Source of the DNA: Eledone cirrhosa
Taxonomy: Eukaryota
Assembly: GCA_964016885.1 (NCBI GenBank)
Contig: OZ024766.1
Coordinates: 18,166,001 to 18,230,000 of the forward strand
Length of the DNA: 64,000 nucleotides
Reading direction: 5' to 3'
Part shown: positions 38,275 through 51,259 of the stretch, piece by piece
Layout of the letters: the number at the start of each line of letters is the position of its first letter
Numbering within the stretch: the stretch's first letter is position 1
Position numbers and translations under genes: made by a program
Notes under the pieces: model-generated
Told to the model about the DNA's origin: nothing
Databases searched by the model: none
Seen by the model: only the letters and a program-made list of their open reading frames with translations

Positions 38275-39350
38275 GTAAGGGTCTTTGACACAAGGTCAGC
38301 AATTTTGGGGGCCCAGGGCGTCTACACTAGAAGGTAAGAGTCTTTGACACAAGGTCAGCAATTTAGGGGGGACCCAGGGTGGCTACACTTGAAGGTAAGG
38401 GTCTCTGGCACAAGGTCAGCAATTTCTGGGGGCCCAGGGCGCCTAGGATCTCTGGTACAAGGTCAGCAATTTGGAGGGGACCCAGGGCGTCTACACTTGA
38501 AGGTAAGGGTCTCTGGCACAAGGTCAGCAATTTGGGGGGGACCCAGGGGGGCTACACTTGAAGGTAAGGGTCTCTGGCACAAGGTCAGCAATTTCTGGGG
38601 GCCCAGGGCGCCTAGGATCTCTGGCACAAGGTCAGCAATTTGGAGGGGACCCAGGGCGTCTACACTTGAAGGTAAGAGTCTTTGACACAAGGTCAGCAAT
38701 TTAGGGGGGACCCAGGGGGGCTACACTTGAAGGTAAGGGTCTCTGGCACAAGGTCAGCAATTTCTGGGGGCCCAGGGCGCCTAGGATCTCTGGTACAAGG
38801 TTAGCAATTTGGGAGTGACCCAGGGCGTCTACACTTGAAGGTAAGGGTCTCTGGCACAAGGTCAGTAATTTAGGGGGGACCCAGGGGGGCTACACTTGAA
38901 GGTAAAGGTCTCTGGCACAAGGTCAGCAATTTGGAGGGGACCCAGGGCGTCTACACTTGAAGGTAAGAATCTCTAGCACAAGGTCAGCAATTTTGGGGGA
39001 CCCAGGGCGTCTAGGATCTCTGGCACAAGGTTAGCAATTTGGGGGTGACCCAGGGCGTCTACACTTGAAGGTAAGGGTCACTGGCACAAGGTCAGTAATT
39101 TGGGGGGGACCCAGGGGGGTTACACTTGAAGGTAAGGGTCTCTGGCACAAGGTCAGTAATTTAGGGGTGACCCAGGGGGGCTACACTTGAAGGTAAGGGT
39201 CTCTAGCACAAGGTCAGCAATTTTGGGGGACCCAGGGCGTCTAGGATCTCTGGCACAAGGTCAGCAATCTGGGGGGCCCAGGGCGTCTACACTTGAAGGT
39301 TGGGGACAGAGGGTTTACATTTCAAGGTGAAGGTCTCTGGCACAAGGTCA
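38258..39350. repeat. ~45-62-bp compound tandem repeat containing ~13 copies of the exon end plus donor ctacacttgaag|gtaagg
   Basis: Direct inspection. Confidence 0.9.
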
Positions 39351-39512
39351 GAGAGAGGTCAATTATATCAACCCCAGTAATGACGGCGGTGGTGGTGTGG
39401 AGGTGGTGGTGGTGGTGATGGTGGTGTGGAGGTGATGATGGTGGTAATGAAATATTGTTTGTTGTATATTTTTTGGAGTATTTTTTGTCTAAATGTTTCT
39501 ATTTTTGCCCAG

Positions 39513-39793
39513 TTTTGCGAGATCGGCTGAAATCCCCAGGGAAGGGCGGAGGTCTGTTGATTGGGGGTAACAGCAGCCCAAAACCAGATCAAGATGAACC
39601 TGTTGTGTCAGCGTTGCCTACAGTTAAGGACGAACCCGCCACAAAGCCCTCCCCACTTCTAGAAGACATTAAGGACCAAATCCAGCCCCAAACAACAGCC
39701 AGTAACTCCGACACCAACACCAGCCCCCGTTCAATGGCTAAAAGAAGACGGATGAGAACAAAGAAGAAAAAAGTGCATAAGAATTTATACAAG
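39513..39793 (+). CDS. Plus-strand gene exon (VLRDRLKSPG...MAKRRRMRTKKKKVHKNLYK)
   Basis: tttttgcccag| acceptor, TACAAG|gtgggt donor; non-repetitive open frame with a basic NLS-like stretch. Confidence 0.8.
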
Positions 39794-39839
39794 GTGGGTC
39801 GTTAAGGTTTTGTGTTAATTACCTTTTAATTAAACCTTT

Positions 39840-40795
39840 ATGTCGGGTTTCTGCCTGCTACAAGTACCATGTGACCCAGTACAACCTGATTCACGGTTGA
39901 GTGGTCAGTGACTAAACCAGCTCCCTCACCAAACCTTGGTCTGGCCAGGTCAAGTTTTTGTCTGCTGGTGGTACCATAGGACCCATTATAGCCTGCTTTA
40001 TGGTCAAGTGGTCAGTGACTAAACCAGCTCCCCCATCAGACCCTGGTCTGGTCAGGTCAGGTTCTGTCTGCTACAAGTACCATGTAACCCCAGTACAACC
40101 TGCTTCACAGTCAAGTGGTCAGTGAATAAACTGGCTCCCTCACCAGACCCTGGTCTGGTTAGGTCAGGCTTCTGCCTGCTAGTGGTACCATGTAACCCCA
40201 GTACAAGCTGCTTCACAGTCAAGTGGTCAGTGAATAAACCAGCTCCCTCACCAAACCCTGGTCTGGTTAGGTCAGGTTTCTGCCTGCTAGTGGTACCATA
40301 GGACCCATTATAGCCTGCTTTATGGTCAAGTGGTCAGTGACTAAACCAGCTCCCCCATCAGACCCTGGTCTGGTCAGGTCAGGTTCTGCCTGCTACAAGT
40401 ACCATGTAACCCCAGTACAACCTGCTTCACGGTCAAGTGGTCAGTGAATAAACCAGCTCCCTCACCAAACCCTGGTCTGGTTAGGTCAGGCTTCTGCCTG
40501 CTAGTGGTACCATGTAACCCCAGTACAACCTGCTTCACGGTCAAGTGGTCAGTGAATAAACCAGCTCCCTCACCAAACCCTGGTCTGGTTAGGTCAGGCT
40601 TCTGCCTGCTAGTGGTACCATGTAACCCCAGTACAACCTGCTTCACAGTCAAGTGGTCAGTGAATAAACCAGCTCCCTCACCAAACCCTGGTCTGGTTAG
40701 GTCAGGTTTCTGCCTGCTAGTGGTACCATAGGACCCATTATAGCCTGCTTTATGGTCAAGTGGTCAGAGACTAAACCAGCTCCTCACCAGACCCT
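39840..40795. repeat. ~110-bp tandem repeat
   Basis: gtcaagtggtcagtgaataaaccagctccctcaccaaaccctggtctgg recurs ~8 times. Confidence 0.9.
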
Positions 40796-40954
40796 CATTT
40801 GATGAGGAGGGTAAGCAGAACCTTTGCAGCCCTATAAACCAGTTGTTAAAAGGGGTGGATGAACTCCGAACCGGGCTGGGGAACTGTGATTCACTTATAC
40901 AGAACTGATTTTGGCTTGGTTTCTACGGTTGGATACCCTTCCTAACACCCAACC

Positions 40955-42992
40955 ACTTTACAGTGTTGACTGGGAGCTATTTGTTGTGACACCTACATGA
41001 CTACTTTACAGTGTGGACTAGGTACTTTTTGTTGTGACACCTACATGACCACTTTACAGTGTGGACTGGGAGCTATTTGTTGTGACACCTACATGACTAC
41101 TTTACAGTGTGGACTAGGTACTTTTTGTTGTGACACCTACATGACCACTTTACAGTGTGGACTGGGTGTTTTTTGTTGTGACACCTACATGACCACTTTA
41201 CAGTGTGGACTGGGTGTTTTTTGTTGTGACACCTACATGACCACTTTACAGTGTGGACTGGGTACTTTTTGTTGTGACACCTACATGACCACTTTACAGT
41301 GTGGACTGGGTGTTTTTTGTTGTGACACCTACATGACCACTTTACAGTGTGGACTGGGTGTTTTTTGTTGTGACACCTACATGACCACTTTACAGTGTGG
41401 ACTGGGTACTTTTTTGTTGTGACACCTCCATGACCACTTTACAGTGTGGACTGGGTTCTTTTTGTTGTGACACCTACATGACCACTTTACAGTGTGGACT
41501 GGGTACTTTTTGTTGTGACACCTACATGACCACTTTACAGTGTGGACTGGGTGCTTTTTGTTGTGACACCTACATGACCACTTTACAGTGTTGACTGGGA
41601 GCTATTTGTTGTGACACCTACATGACTACTTTACAGTGTGGACTAGGTACTTTTTGTTGTGACACCTACATGACCACTTTACAGTGTGGACTGGGTGTTT
41701 TTTGTTGTGACACCTACATGACCACTTTACAGTGTGGACTGGGTGTTTTTTGTTGTGACACCTACATGACCACTTTACAGTGTGGACTGGGTGTTTTTTG
41801 TTGTGACACCTACATGACCACTTTACAGTGTGGACTGGGTGTTTTTTGTTGTGACACCTACATGACCACTTTACAGTGTGGACTGGGTACTTTTTGTTGT
41901 GACACCTACATGACCACTTTACAGTGTGGACTGGGTGTTTTTTGTTGTGACACCTACATGACCACTTTACAGTGTGGACTGGGTACTTTTTGTTGTGACA
42001 CCTACATGACCACTTTACAGTGTGGACTGGGTACTTTTTGTTGTGACACCTACATGACCACTTTACAGTGTGGACTGGGTGTTTTTTGTTGTGACACCTA
42101 CATGACCACTTTACAGTGTGGACTGGGTGTTTTTTGTTGTGACACCTACATGACCACTTTACAGTGTGGACTGGGTACTTTTTGTTGTGACACCTACATG
42201 ACCACTTTACAGTGTGGACTGGGTACTTTTTGTTGTGACACCATCATGAACACTTTACAGTGTGGACTGGGTACTTTTTGTTGTGACACCTACATGACCA
42301 CTTTACAGTGTGGACTGGGTGCTTTTTGTTGTGACACCTACATGACCACTTTACAGTGTGGACTGGGTGCTTTTTGTTGTGACACCTACATGACCACTTT
42401 ACAGTGTGGACTGGGTGCTTTTTGTCGTGACACCTACATGACCACTTTACAGTGTGGACTGGGTGCTTTTTGTTGTGACACCTACATGACCACTTTACAG
42501 TGTGGACTGGGTGCTTTTTGTTGTGACACCTACATGACCACTTTACAGTGTGGACTGGGTGCTTTTTGTCGTGACACCTACATGACCACTTTACAGTGTG
42601 GACTGGGTACTTTTTGTTGTGACACCTACATGACCACTTTACAGTGTGGACTGGGTACTTTTTGTCGTGACATCTACATGACCACTTTACAGTGTGGACT
42701 GGGTACTTTTTGTTGACACCTACATGACCACTTTACAGTGTGGACTGGGTACTGTTTGTTGTGACACCTACATGACCACTTTACAGTGTGGACTGGGTAC
42801 TTTTTGTTGTGACACCTACATGACCACATTACAGTGTGGACTGGGTACCTTTTGTTGTGACACCTACATGACCACTTTACAGTGTGGACTGGGTACTTTT
42901 TGTTGTGACACCTACATGACCACTTTACAGTGGACTGGGTACTTTTTGTTGACACCTACATGACCACTTTACAGTGTGGACTGGGTACTTTT
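40955..42992 (+). repeat. 48-bp minisatellite, ~42 copies, growing out of a SINE-A tail
   Basis: Preceded by ggatacccttcctaacacccaaccactttacag. Confidence 0.97.
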
Positions 42993-43255
42993 TTATTGTT
43001 ATATTGTTATACTTTGGGAGGGTTATGCTATCAATAAAAACAAATGCACCTGCTGGGTCTCCCCTTCAATTAATTATTGTAAATTCCCAGCCAGTCAGTT
43101 AGTTTAATAACTAGATGGTTGTTTAGTTGTTGATTATCAAACATCTTTTGTCACACATTCTGTGACCTCCTCAGTGCTTCTTTTGTTGTTACTTTGTGTC
43201 TCTCCCATATATATATATATATATATACTCACTCATATGTACTTCTCGCTTTCAG

Positions 43256-43285
43256 AACACTGGGTGTTTAAAGAAATATCTATCA
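43256..43285 (+). CDS. Plus-strand gene 30-nt exon (NTGCLKKYLS)
   Basis: cttctcgctttcag| acceptor, TCA|gtgagt donor, phase 0/0. Confidence 0.6.
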
Positions 43286-43329
43286 GTGAGTAATTTTGGA
43301 TGTAATCCAGTTTTGTTTCTTTGCTATAT

Positions 43330-44065
43330 AATATTTACAGTATTACAGTAAAGACTTTAATATTTAATGTGATGTAGACATAGTGTTGTTTTGTACTAAA
43401 TGTTTATAGTATCTTTACTGGTGGACAGATTGTTGTGAATATTTACAGTATTACAGTAAAGACTTTAATATTTAATGTGATGTAGTCATAGTGTTGTTTT
43501 GTACTAAATGTTTATAGTATCTTTACTGGTGGACAGATTGCTGTGAATATTTACAGTATTACAGTAAAGACTTTAATATTTAATGTGATGTAGTCATAGT
43601 GTTGTTTTGTACTAAATGTTTATAGTATCTTTACTGGTGGACAGATTGTTGTGAATATTTACAGTATTACAGTAAAGACTTTAATATTTAATGTGATGTA
43701 GTCATAGTGTTGTTTTGTACTAAATGTTTATAGTATTTTTACTGGTGGACAGATTGTTGTGAATATTTACAGTATTACAGTAAAGACTTTAATATTTAAT
43801 GTGATGTAGTCATAGTGTTGTTTTGTACTAAATGTTTATAGTATCTTTACTGGTGGACAGATTGTTGTGAATATTTACAGTATTACAGTAAAGACTTTAA
43901 TATTTAATGTGATGTAGTCATAGTGTTGTTTTGTACTAAATGTTTATAGTATCTTTACTGGTGGACAGATTGTTGTGAACATTTACAGTATTACAGTAAA
44001 GACTTTAATATTTAATGTGATGTAGTCATAGTGTTGTTTTGTACTAAATGTTTATAGTATCTTTA
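43330..44065. repeat. 108-bp tandem repeat, ~7 copies
   Basis: gactttaatatttaatg at 43353, 43461, 43569, 43677, 43785, 43893 and 44001. Confidence 0.95.
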
Positions 44066-44157
44066 TCTGTTGGCGGCCCGCGTTCCAAAATACCTTATCC
44101 TGTGCAACGCCGGGTACCACTGCTAGTGCTATATAAAATCAATGTGGGTGTATATAT

Positions 44158-44777
44158 ATCATCATCATCATCATTTTACGTCCGCTTTTCCCTGCTTGCA
44201 AGGGTGGGACGGGAACTGATTCTGGCTGGATGCCCTTCCTAACACCAACCTCATTTACAGTGTGGACTGGGTGCTTTTTTGCCGTGGCACCTCCACGACC
44301 ACTTTACAGTGAGTGCTGGGTGCTTTTTTGCCGTGGCACCTCCACGACCACTTTACAGTGAGTGCTGGGTGCTTTTTTGCTGTGGCACCTCCACGTCCAC
44401 TTTACAGTGAGTGCTGGGTGCTTTTTTGCCGTGGCACCTCCTACAACCACTTTACAGTGTGGGCTGGGTGCTTTTTTGCTGTGGCACCTCCACGACCACT
44501 TTACAGTGAGTGCTGGGTGCTTTTTTGCCGTGGCACCTCCACGACCACTTTACAGTGAGTGCTGGGTGCTTTTTTGCCGTGGCACCTCCACGACCACTGT
44601 ACAGTGGAATGATAGGGACCCCAGTCCCTATCATCTCATTTCTACAGCTGAGTAAACTGGAGCAATGTGAAATAAAGTGTCTTGCTCAAGGAAACAACAC
44701 ATCACCCGGTCTGAGAATTGAACTCAAAACCTTTCGATTGCAAGGCCAATGCTCTAACCACTAAGCCATGTGCCTCC
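44158..44777 (-). mobile_element. SINE family A (~7 internal 49-bp units)
   Basis: Same head, core and tail as the other copies. Confidence 0.8.
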
Positions 44778-44821
44778 ATATATATATGTATATATATATA
44801 TATAAATATATATTTTCACAG

Positions 44822-44923
44822 GAGATGACTCGGTTTAACAAGATGGTGGCATGTAACTTTACATCTAGAAAGATCCGATCACCAGAGCGAAGCATCAGTA
44901 TGATAGCCGACAACCGGATCACG
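44822..44923 (+). CDS. Plus-strand gene exon (EMTRFNKMVACNFTSRKIRSPERSISMIADNRIT)
   Basis: ttttcacag| acceptor, ACG|gtaagt donor, phase 0/0. Confidence 0.8.
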
Positions 44924-45159
44924 GTAAGTACAATACCACCCCTCCCTGTAACCCCTGCCCTACCCAGAATAGGGAATTGAGGCCTGTCCTCGTCGTCGTT
45001 GTCATCATCATCATTTGCCGTCCCTTTTTGAGGGATCGGGTCGGGGGACCGTGAATCCGCTCACAGAACTGATTTTGACTTGGTTTCTAAAGCTGGATGC
45101 CCTTCCTAATGCCAACCACATTGACAGTGTGGTCTGGGTGCTTTTTGTCATGACACCTA

Positions 45160-45870
45160 CACACCAAGCCCTCACCAGCCCACACCAGCCCTCACCAGCC
45201 TTCAGCCCTCACTGCTCCACACCAGCCCACACAAGCCTTCAGCCCTCACTGCTCCACACCAGCCCACACAAGCCCTCACTGCTCCACACAAGCCCTCACC
45301 AGCCCACACACAAGCCCTCACTGCTCCACACAAGCCCTCACCAGCCCACACAAGCCCACACAAGCCCTCACTGCTCCACACACAAGCCTTCAGCCCTCAC
45401 TGCTCCACACCAGCCCACACAAGCCCTCACTGCTCCACACAAGCCCTCACCAGCCCACACACAAGCCCTCACTGCTCCACACAAGCCCTCACCAGCCCAC
45501 ACAAGCCCACACAAGCCCTCACTGCTCCACACACAAGCCTTCAGCCCTCACTGCTCCACACAAGCCCACACAAGCCCTCACCAGACCACACAATCCTTCA
45601 GCCCTCACTGCTCCACACCACCTCTCACTGACCCACACCAGGCCTCACTACTCCACACCACCTCTCACCAGGCCTCACTACTGCACACCACCTCTCACTG
45701 ACCCACACCAGGCCTCACCAGCCCACACCAGCTCTCACTGACCCACACCAGGCCTCACCACTCCACACCACCTCTCACTGACCCACACCAGGCCTCACTA
45801 CTCCACACCACCTCTCACTAGCCCACACCAGGCTCTCACCGACCCACAGCAGCCACCTCACCGGCCCACA
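45160..45870. repeat. C/A-rich degenerate minisatellite (agccctcactgctccacac)
   Basis: Direct inspection. Confidence 0.9.
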
Positions 45871-45920
45871 ACCAACCCAAAAGATCTGTTGCGCTGATTT
45901 GTTTCTTTCTCTCTTTCCAG

Positions 45921-45972
45921 CAATACCTGGGTATTTTCAACAGAGGTAGAAAGTCTGACAGAATTGCACGGG
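45921..45972 (+). CDS. Plus-strand gene exon (QYLGIFNRGRKSDRIAR), PRR19-like motif
   Basis: ttctttctctctttccag| acceptor, CGGG|gtaaat donor, phase 0/1. Confidence 0.8.
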
Positions 45973-46434
45973 GTAAATATCACCTCTTAATTTACATATA
46001 TTCAAAATAGGGGGCACACAGGACAAAGACAGTGGCAACAAACAACAGAAAGACAGACAGTCCCATCTCCTTAGTTAACCTCTGGAATTCACAACGGTTT
46101 CAGTTAATTAAGGTTGATACTATTCATTCTAGTACACGAGACGTGCAACCAAGCGAATGCCCTCCATCAGACATATACCATACTCTGACTGCCTTGCTTC
46201 CCTGGGCATGGATACATTGAAGCTCCAACATCTGGCAACTGTAACTTTGATCAATTTTGATCGCCCTGCATATATATATAAGATAGTTTGTAACTAACCT
46301 TACATAGATCGATAACGAAGTATAGTTACAATGTATTATCATCACCTAGAAACGATCGTAAAGCAGTGAAGTATATTTCTAATGACTTGATTTTTTATTT
46401 CATTGTTTTAACTTATATATATATCAAAAGTGAC

Positions 46435-46962
46435 ACAGAGGAGACTGAGGTTAGCTGGACATGCTCACCGACATCCAGAGTTGACACTGCACTCAGTGTT
46501 CCTGTGGGAGCCCCTGCATGGACACACTGGAAGAGGAAGACTGAGGTTAGCTGGACATGCTCTCCAACATCCGGAGTTGACACTGCACTCAGTGCTCCTG
46601 TGGGAACCCCTACATGGACACACTGGAAGAGGGAGACTGAGGTTAGCTGGACATGCTCACCGACATCCAGAGTTGACACTGCACTCAGTGCTCCTGTGGG
46701 AGCCCCTACATGGACACACTGGAAGAGGGAGACTGAGGTTAGCTGGACATGCTCACTGACATCCAGAGTTGACACTGCACTCAGTGTCCTGTGGGGAGCC
46801 CCTACATGGACACACTGGAAGAGGAAGACCAAGGTTAACGTATGTTGATGCCCTAAGGACAGACACTGGTCTGTTGGAGACGCAGGACATGGCAGCGATA
46901 ATGAGGGACAGAGACCGCTGGAGAGAACTCGTCCATTGATCTCGGGAATTTTACCCGCCCTA
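46435..46962 (+). mobile_element. RTE-like LINE 3' fragment with a ~94-bp segment repeated 4 times
   Basis: RLRLAGHAHRHPELTLHSVLLWEP.HGH..RGRPRLTYVDALRTDTG...MRDRDRW, typical of the RTE/RTE-X C-terminus. Confidence 0.75.
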
Positions 46963-47097
46963 GAAAAATATATATATATATAAGTAGAAGGGGTATTTAA
47001 TTTGTTGGAAGTCCGACAAATATAAATGTTTATAACTGATTTAGAGCACTCAACAGATTACCGGAGTAAATATTCAGTGATATTAAATATATGATAT

Positions 47098-47142
<45 letters not shown>

Positions 47143-47177
47143 ACACCTGTACTCAAATGTGTTTACTTATTTTCCAG

Positions 47178-47337
47178 TGTGTCCAGCTATACCACCGTCT
47201 GTCAAGGAAAAGGCCTCCACCGATATGAAGAAGATCCTGAACATAACTGCTGGTCCTAGGGACGTCATCACCATCTCCGAGAGTGATGACAGCGGACATT
47301 TCGGCAGTCACCATAGTAACAAAATGTTGATAGACAG
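47178..47337 (+). CDS. Plus-strand gene exon (VCPAIPPSVKEKASTDMKKILNIT...KMLID)
   Basis: tattttccag| acceptor, GACAG|gtgaga donor, phase 1/2. Confidence 0.8.
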
Positions 47338-47552
47338 GTGAGATGGAATTTCTACCACCCCACCAACCTCTTTCGACCCTCACTTAAACAGACACATATA
47401 CTGTGTTTCACACACACACATATACACACATATACATACATACATGCATGCATACATACATACATACATACATACATACATACATACATACATACATACA
47501 ATGGCTGCAAACTCTAAGAGTATTGCAATCGTTTGTCAGATTATAGTTTGGT

Positions 47553-48552
47553 GAGACATTCTAACCACACGTCTGTAGTATCAGAGCTGTGATCTCTCAA
47601 TTAGGAGATTCTTTCCTGAGACATTCTAACCACATGTCTGTAGTATCAGAGCTGTGATCTCTCAATTCAGAGAAGTAGCAGCTCTACCTGGAGTGACTCT
47701 CTAGAGCTTCTTTCCTAAGACATTCTAACCACATGTCCATAGTATCAGAGCTGTGATCTCTCAATTCAGAGAAGTAGCAGCTCTACCTGGAGTGACTCTC
47801 TAGTGATTCTTTCCTAAGACATTCTAACCACATGTCTGTAGTATCAGAGCTGTGATCTCTCAATCCAGAGATTCTTTCCTGAGACATTCTAACCACATGT
47901 CTGTAGTATCAGAGCTGTGATCTCTCAATCCAGAGATTCTTTCCTGAGACATTCTAACCACATGTCTGTAGTATCAGAGCTGTGATCTCTCAATCCAGAG
48001 ATTCTTTCCTGAGACATTCTAACCACATGTCTGTAGTATCAGAGCTGTGATCTCTCAATCCAGAGATTCTTTCCTGAGACATTCTAACCACATGTCTGTA
48101 GTATCAGAGCTGTGATCTCTCAATTCAGAGATTCTTTCCTAAGACATTCTAACCACATGTCTGTAGTATCAGAGCTGTGATCTCTCAATCCAGAGATTCT
48201 TTCCTGAGACATTCTAACCACATGTCTGTAGTATCAGAACTGTGATCTCTCAATTAGGAGATTCTTTCCTGAGACATTCTAACCACATGTCTGTAGTATC
48301 AGAGCTGTGATCTCTCAATCCAGAGATTCTTTCCTGAGACATTCTAACCACATGTCCATAGTATCAGAGCTGTGATCTCTCAATTCAGAGAAGTAGCAGC
48401 TCTACCTGGAGTGACTCTCCAGTGATTCTTTCCCGAGACATTCTAACCACATGTCCATAGTATCAGAGCTGTGATCTCTCAATTCAGAGAAGTAGCAGCT
48501 CTACCTGGAGTGACACTCCAGTGATTCTTTCCTGAGACATTCTAACCACATG
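47553..48552. repeat. ~64-bp tandem repeat with longer variant units
   Basis: gagacattctaaccacatgtctgtagtatcagagctgtgatctctcaa recurs. Confidence 0.9.
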
Positions 48553-49312
48553 GTGATGCCCTGATTAACTTTTTCAAATTTCATTTGAAAAGGAAAATCA
48601 GGGTAGAGAGGGAAGTGCTCTCTTCCCAGCATTTTGTTGAAAGAGGGGTGAGAGAAGCAAGTATGGCCCGAGTGAATGGACCTACTCTGAGTATGTGTCT
48701 GTAAATTAAAGGTGGAAAACTGGGAGAGGGCACTTGCCCTGGTGGTCAGGGTGACTGTGGTCTTTTAATGGGCTTTCTCCACAAATGGCCAAAAGTAGAA
48801 ATCATTAGGGCAGGCAGTTTTTATCTGTCTGGTGGCCATGGCGAAAGAGATAGTATTGTGGACGCGTTTGAAAGGGCTGAAGATGAGCACTTACCTCTTC
48901 GGTGATTCCCTGATTGACTTTTTCAAATTTCATCTGAAAAGGAAAATCAGGGTAGAGAGGGAAGTGCTCTCTTCCCAGCATTTTGTTGAAAGATGGGTGA
49001 GAGAAGCAAGTATGGCCCGAGTGAATGGGCCTTCTCTGAGTATATGTGTCTGTAAATTAAAGGTGGAAAACTGGGAGAGGGCACTTGCCCTGGTGGTCAG
49101 GGTCACCGTGGCTTTTTTTTTAATGGGCTTTCTCCACGAATGTCCTTCGGAGGTCTCCCCCCTATTGGGGAATTTTTCATTGTTTCTTTTTTTTGTTACA
49201 TCCTCTGTTTTGGGGGTTTTTTACAAGCAGGAATGCCCATTGGTACCGTCCTGTACTGTCCTTAATGTCTGCTTTGTGTAAACCCTTGTGGTTAATAAAG
49301 AAAGCATTATTA
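48552..49312 (+). mobile_element. L1/Tx1-like LINE 3' end, partly duplicated
   Basis: LVAMAKEIVLWTRLKGL...LIDFFKFHLKRKIRVERE...FVERW, followed by a 3'UTR with aataaagaaa and a (tta) tail. Confidence 0.6.
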
Positions 49313-49692
49313 GGCTGTGGACTGGCAGTATCGGTAGAGGGCCGGACGCCATGCTTTGCAGCATGGAGTTACGGCCCTTTACGGTCTGAGTTCAAATCCC
49401 GCCGAGGTTAAACTTTGACCTTTCATCCTTACGGGGGGTCGATAAAATAAAAGTACCAGTAATACACTGGGGAAATTGCTGGCCTTGTGCCAAAAAGTAG
49501 AAACACGGTGACTTGGCAGAATCGTTAGAGGGTCGGACGCCATGCTTTGCAGCATAGAGTTACGGCCCTTTACGGTCTGAGTTCAAATCCCGCCGAGGTT
49601 AAACTTTGCCTTTCGTCCTTACAGGGTCGATAAAATAAAAGTACCAGTAATACACTGGGGTTATTGCTGGCCTTGTGCCTAAAGCAGAAACA
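49313..49692 (+). mobile_element. Two tandem tRNA-derived SINEs, family B
   Basis: tggcagaatcgttag (A box), gagttcaaatccc (B box), gaggttaaactttgcctttc. Confidence 0.8.
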
Positions 49693-49776
49693 GTTGTTAT
49701 TTTTCTTGAAGACTTCGGAAAGGCCCTTAATCTTACATGGTCACGCAACTACTCCCCCCTGTTGGTTTCATTTCAG

Positions 49777-49810
49777 CTCCTCCGCAGCTGTCCAGGCCCC
49801 GCAGCCAGCT
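49777..49810 (+). CDS. Plus-strand gene, probable next exon (SSSAAVQAPQPA...) truncated by the assembly gap
   Basis: tttcatttcag| acceptor; phase 2 keeps the frame open up to the N run. Confidence 0.55.
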
Positions 49811-50010
49811 NNNNNNNNNNNNNNNNNNNNNNNNNNNNNNNNNNNNNNNNNNNNNNNNNNNNNNNNNNNNNNNNNNNNNNNNNNNNNNNNNNNNNNNNNN
49901 NNNNNNNNNNNNNNNNNNNNNNNNNNNNNNNNNNNNNNNNNNNNNNNNNNNNNNNNNNNNNNNNNNNNNNNNNNNNNNNNNNNNNNNNNNNNNNNNNNNN
50001 NNNNNNNNNN
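49811..50010. other. Assembly gap (200 N)
   Basis: N run. Confidence 1.
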
Positions 50011-50107
50011 ATATATATATATATGTATATATATGTATATATATATATACATGTATGTATATGTATATATGTGTATATATATATGTATGTATATATATAT
50101 ATGTAGG

Positions 50108-50141
<34 letters not shown>

Positions 50142-50621
50142 CAATATTAAATAAATGGAAAACTATATTTATAAAACCATATTTATTTCATTATATCTAT
50201 TTCGGGGATATCATATTAACAATATGCTATGCCTTCATCAGACAAAATACAATATAAACAGTTTTATAGATAAATATATTCGACATACCGTAATAAACAT
50301 CAACTTCATTTGAAGAGGTTCACTCTAGCAGACTGCTAGCATAAACCTCTTCAAATGAAGTTGATGTTATTACGGTATGTCGAATATATTTATCTATAAA
50401 ACTGTTTATATTGTATTTTGTCTGATGAAGGCATAGCATATTGTTAATATGATATCCCCGAAATATATATAATGAAATAAATATGGTTTTATAAATATAG
50501 TTTTCCATTTATTTAATATTGTAAATATACTCCAAATACTTGTTGAGTGCTTTTATATCAGTTATAAATATTTACTAGTTGTAACCCAACAATTTTAAAT
50601 ATAACTTTACATGTATGTATG

Positions 50622-50669
<48 letters not shown>

Positions 50670-51150
50670 CATACATACATGTAAAGTTATATTTAAAATT
50701 GTTGGGTTACAACTAGTAAATATTTATAACTGATATAAAAGCACTCAACAAGTATTTGGAGTATATTTACAATATTAAATAAATGGAAAACTATATTTAT
50801 AAAACCATATTTATTTCATTATATATATTTCGGGGATATCATATTAACAATATGCTATGCCTTCATCAGACAAAATACAATATAAACAGTTTTATAGATA
50901 AATATATTCGACATACCGTAATAAACATCAACTTCATTTGAAGAGGTTTATGCTAGCAGTCTGCTAGAGTGAACCTCTTCAAATGAAGTTGATGTTTATT
51001 ACGGTATGTCGAATATATTTATCTATAAAACTGTTTATATTGTATTTTGTCTGATGAAGGCATAGCATATTGTTAATATGATATCCCCGAAATAGATATA
51101 ATGAAATAAATATGGTTTTATAAATATAGTTTTCCATTTATTTAATATTG

Positions 51151-51186
<36 letters not shown>

Positions 51187-51259
51187 CCTACATATATATA
51201 TATACATACATATATATATACACATATATACATATACATACATGTATATATATATATAC

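Noticed and set aside
27224-42992. Cys-rich repeat ORFs (CCDTYMTTLQCGLGTF)n
   Set aside because: SINE-derived 48-bp arrays with frameshifting units.
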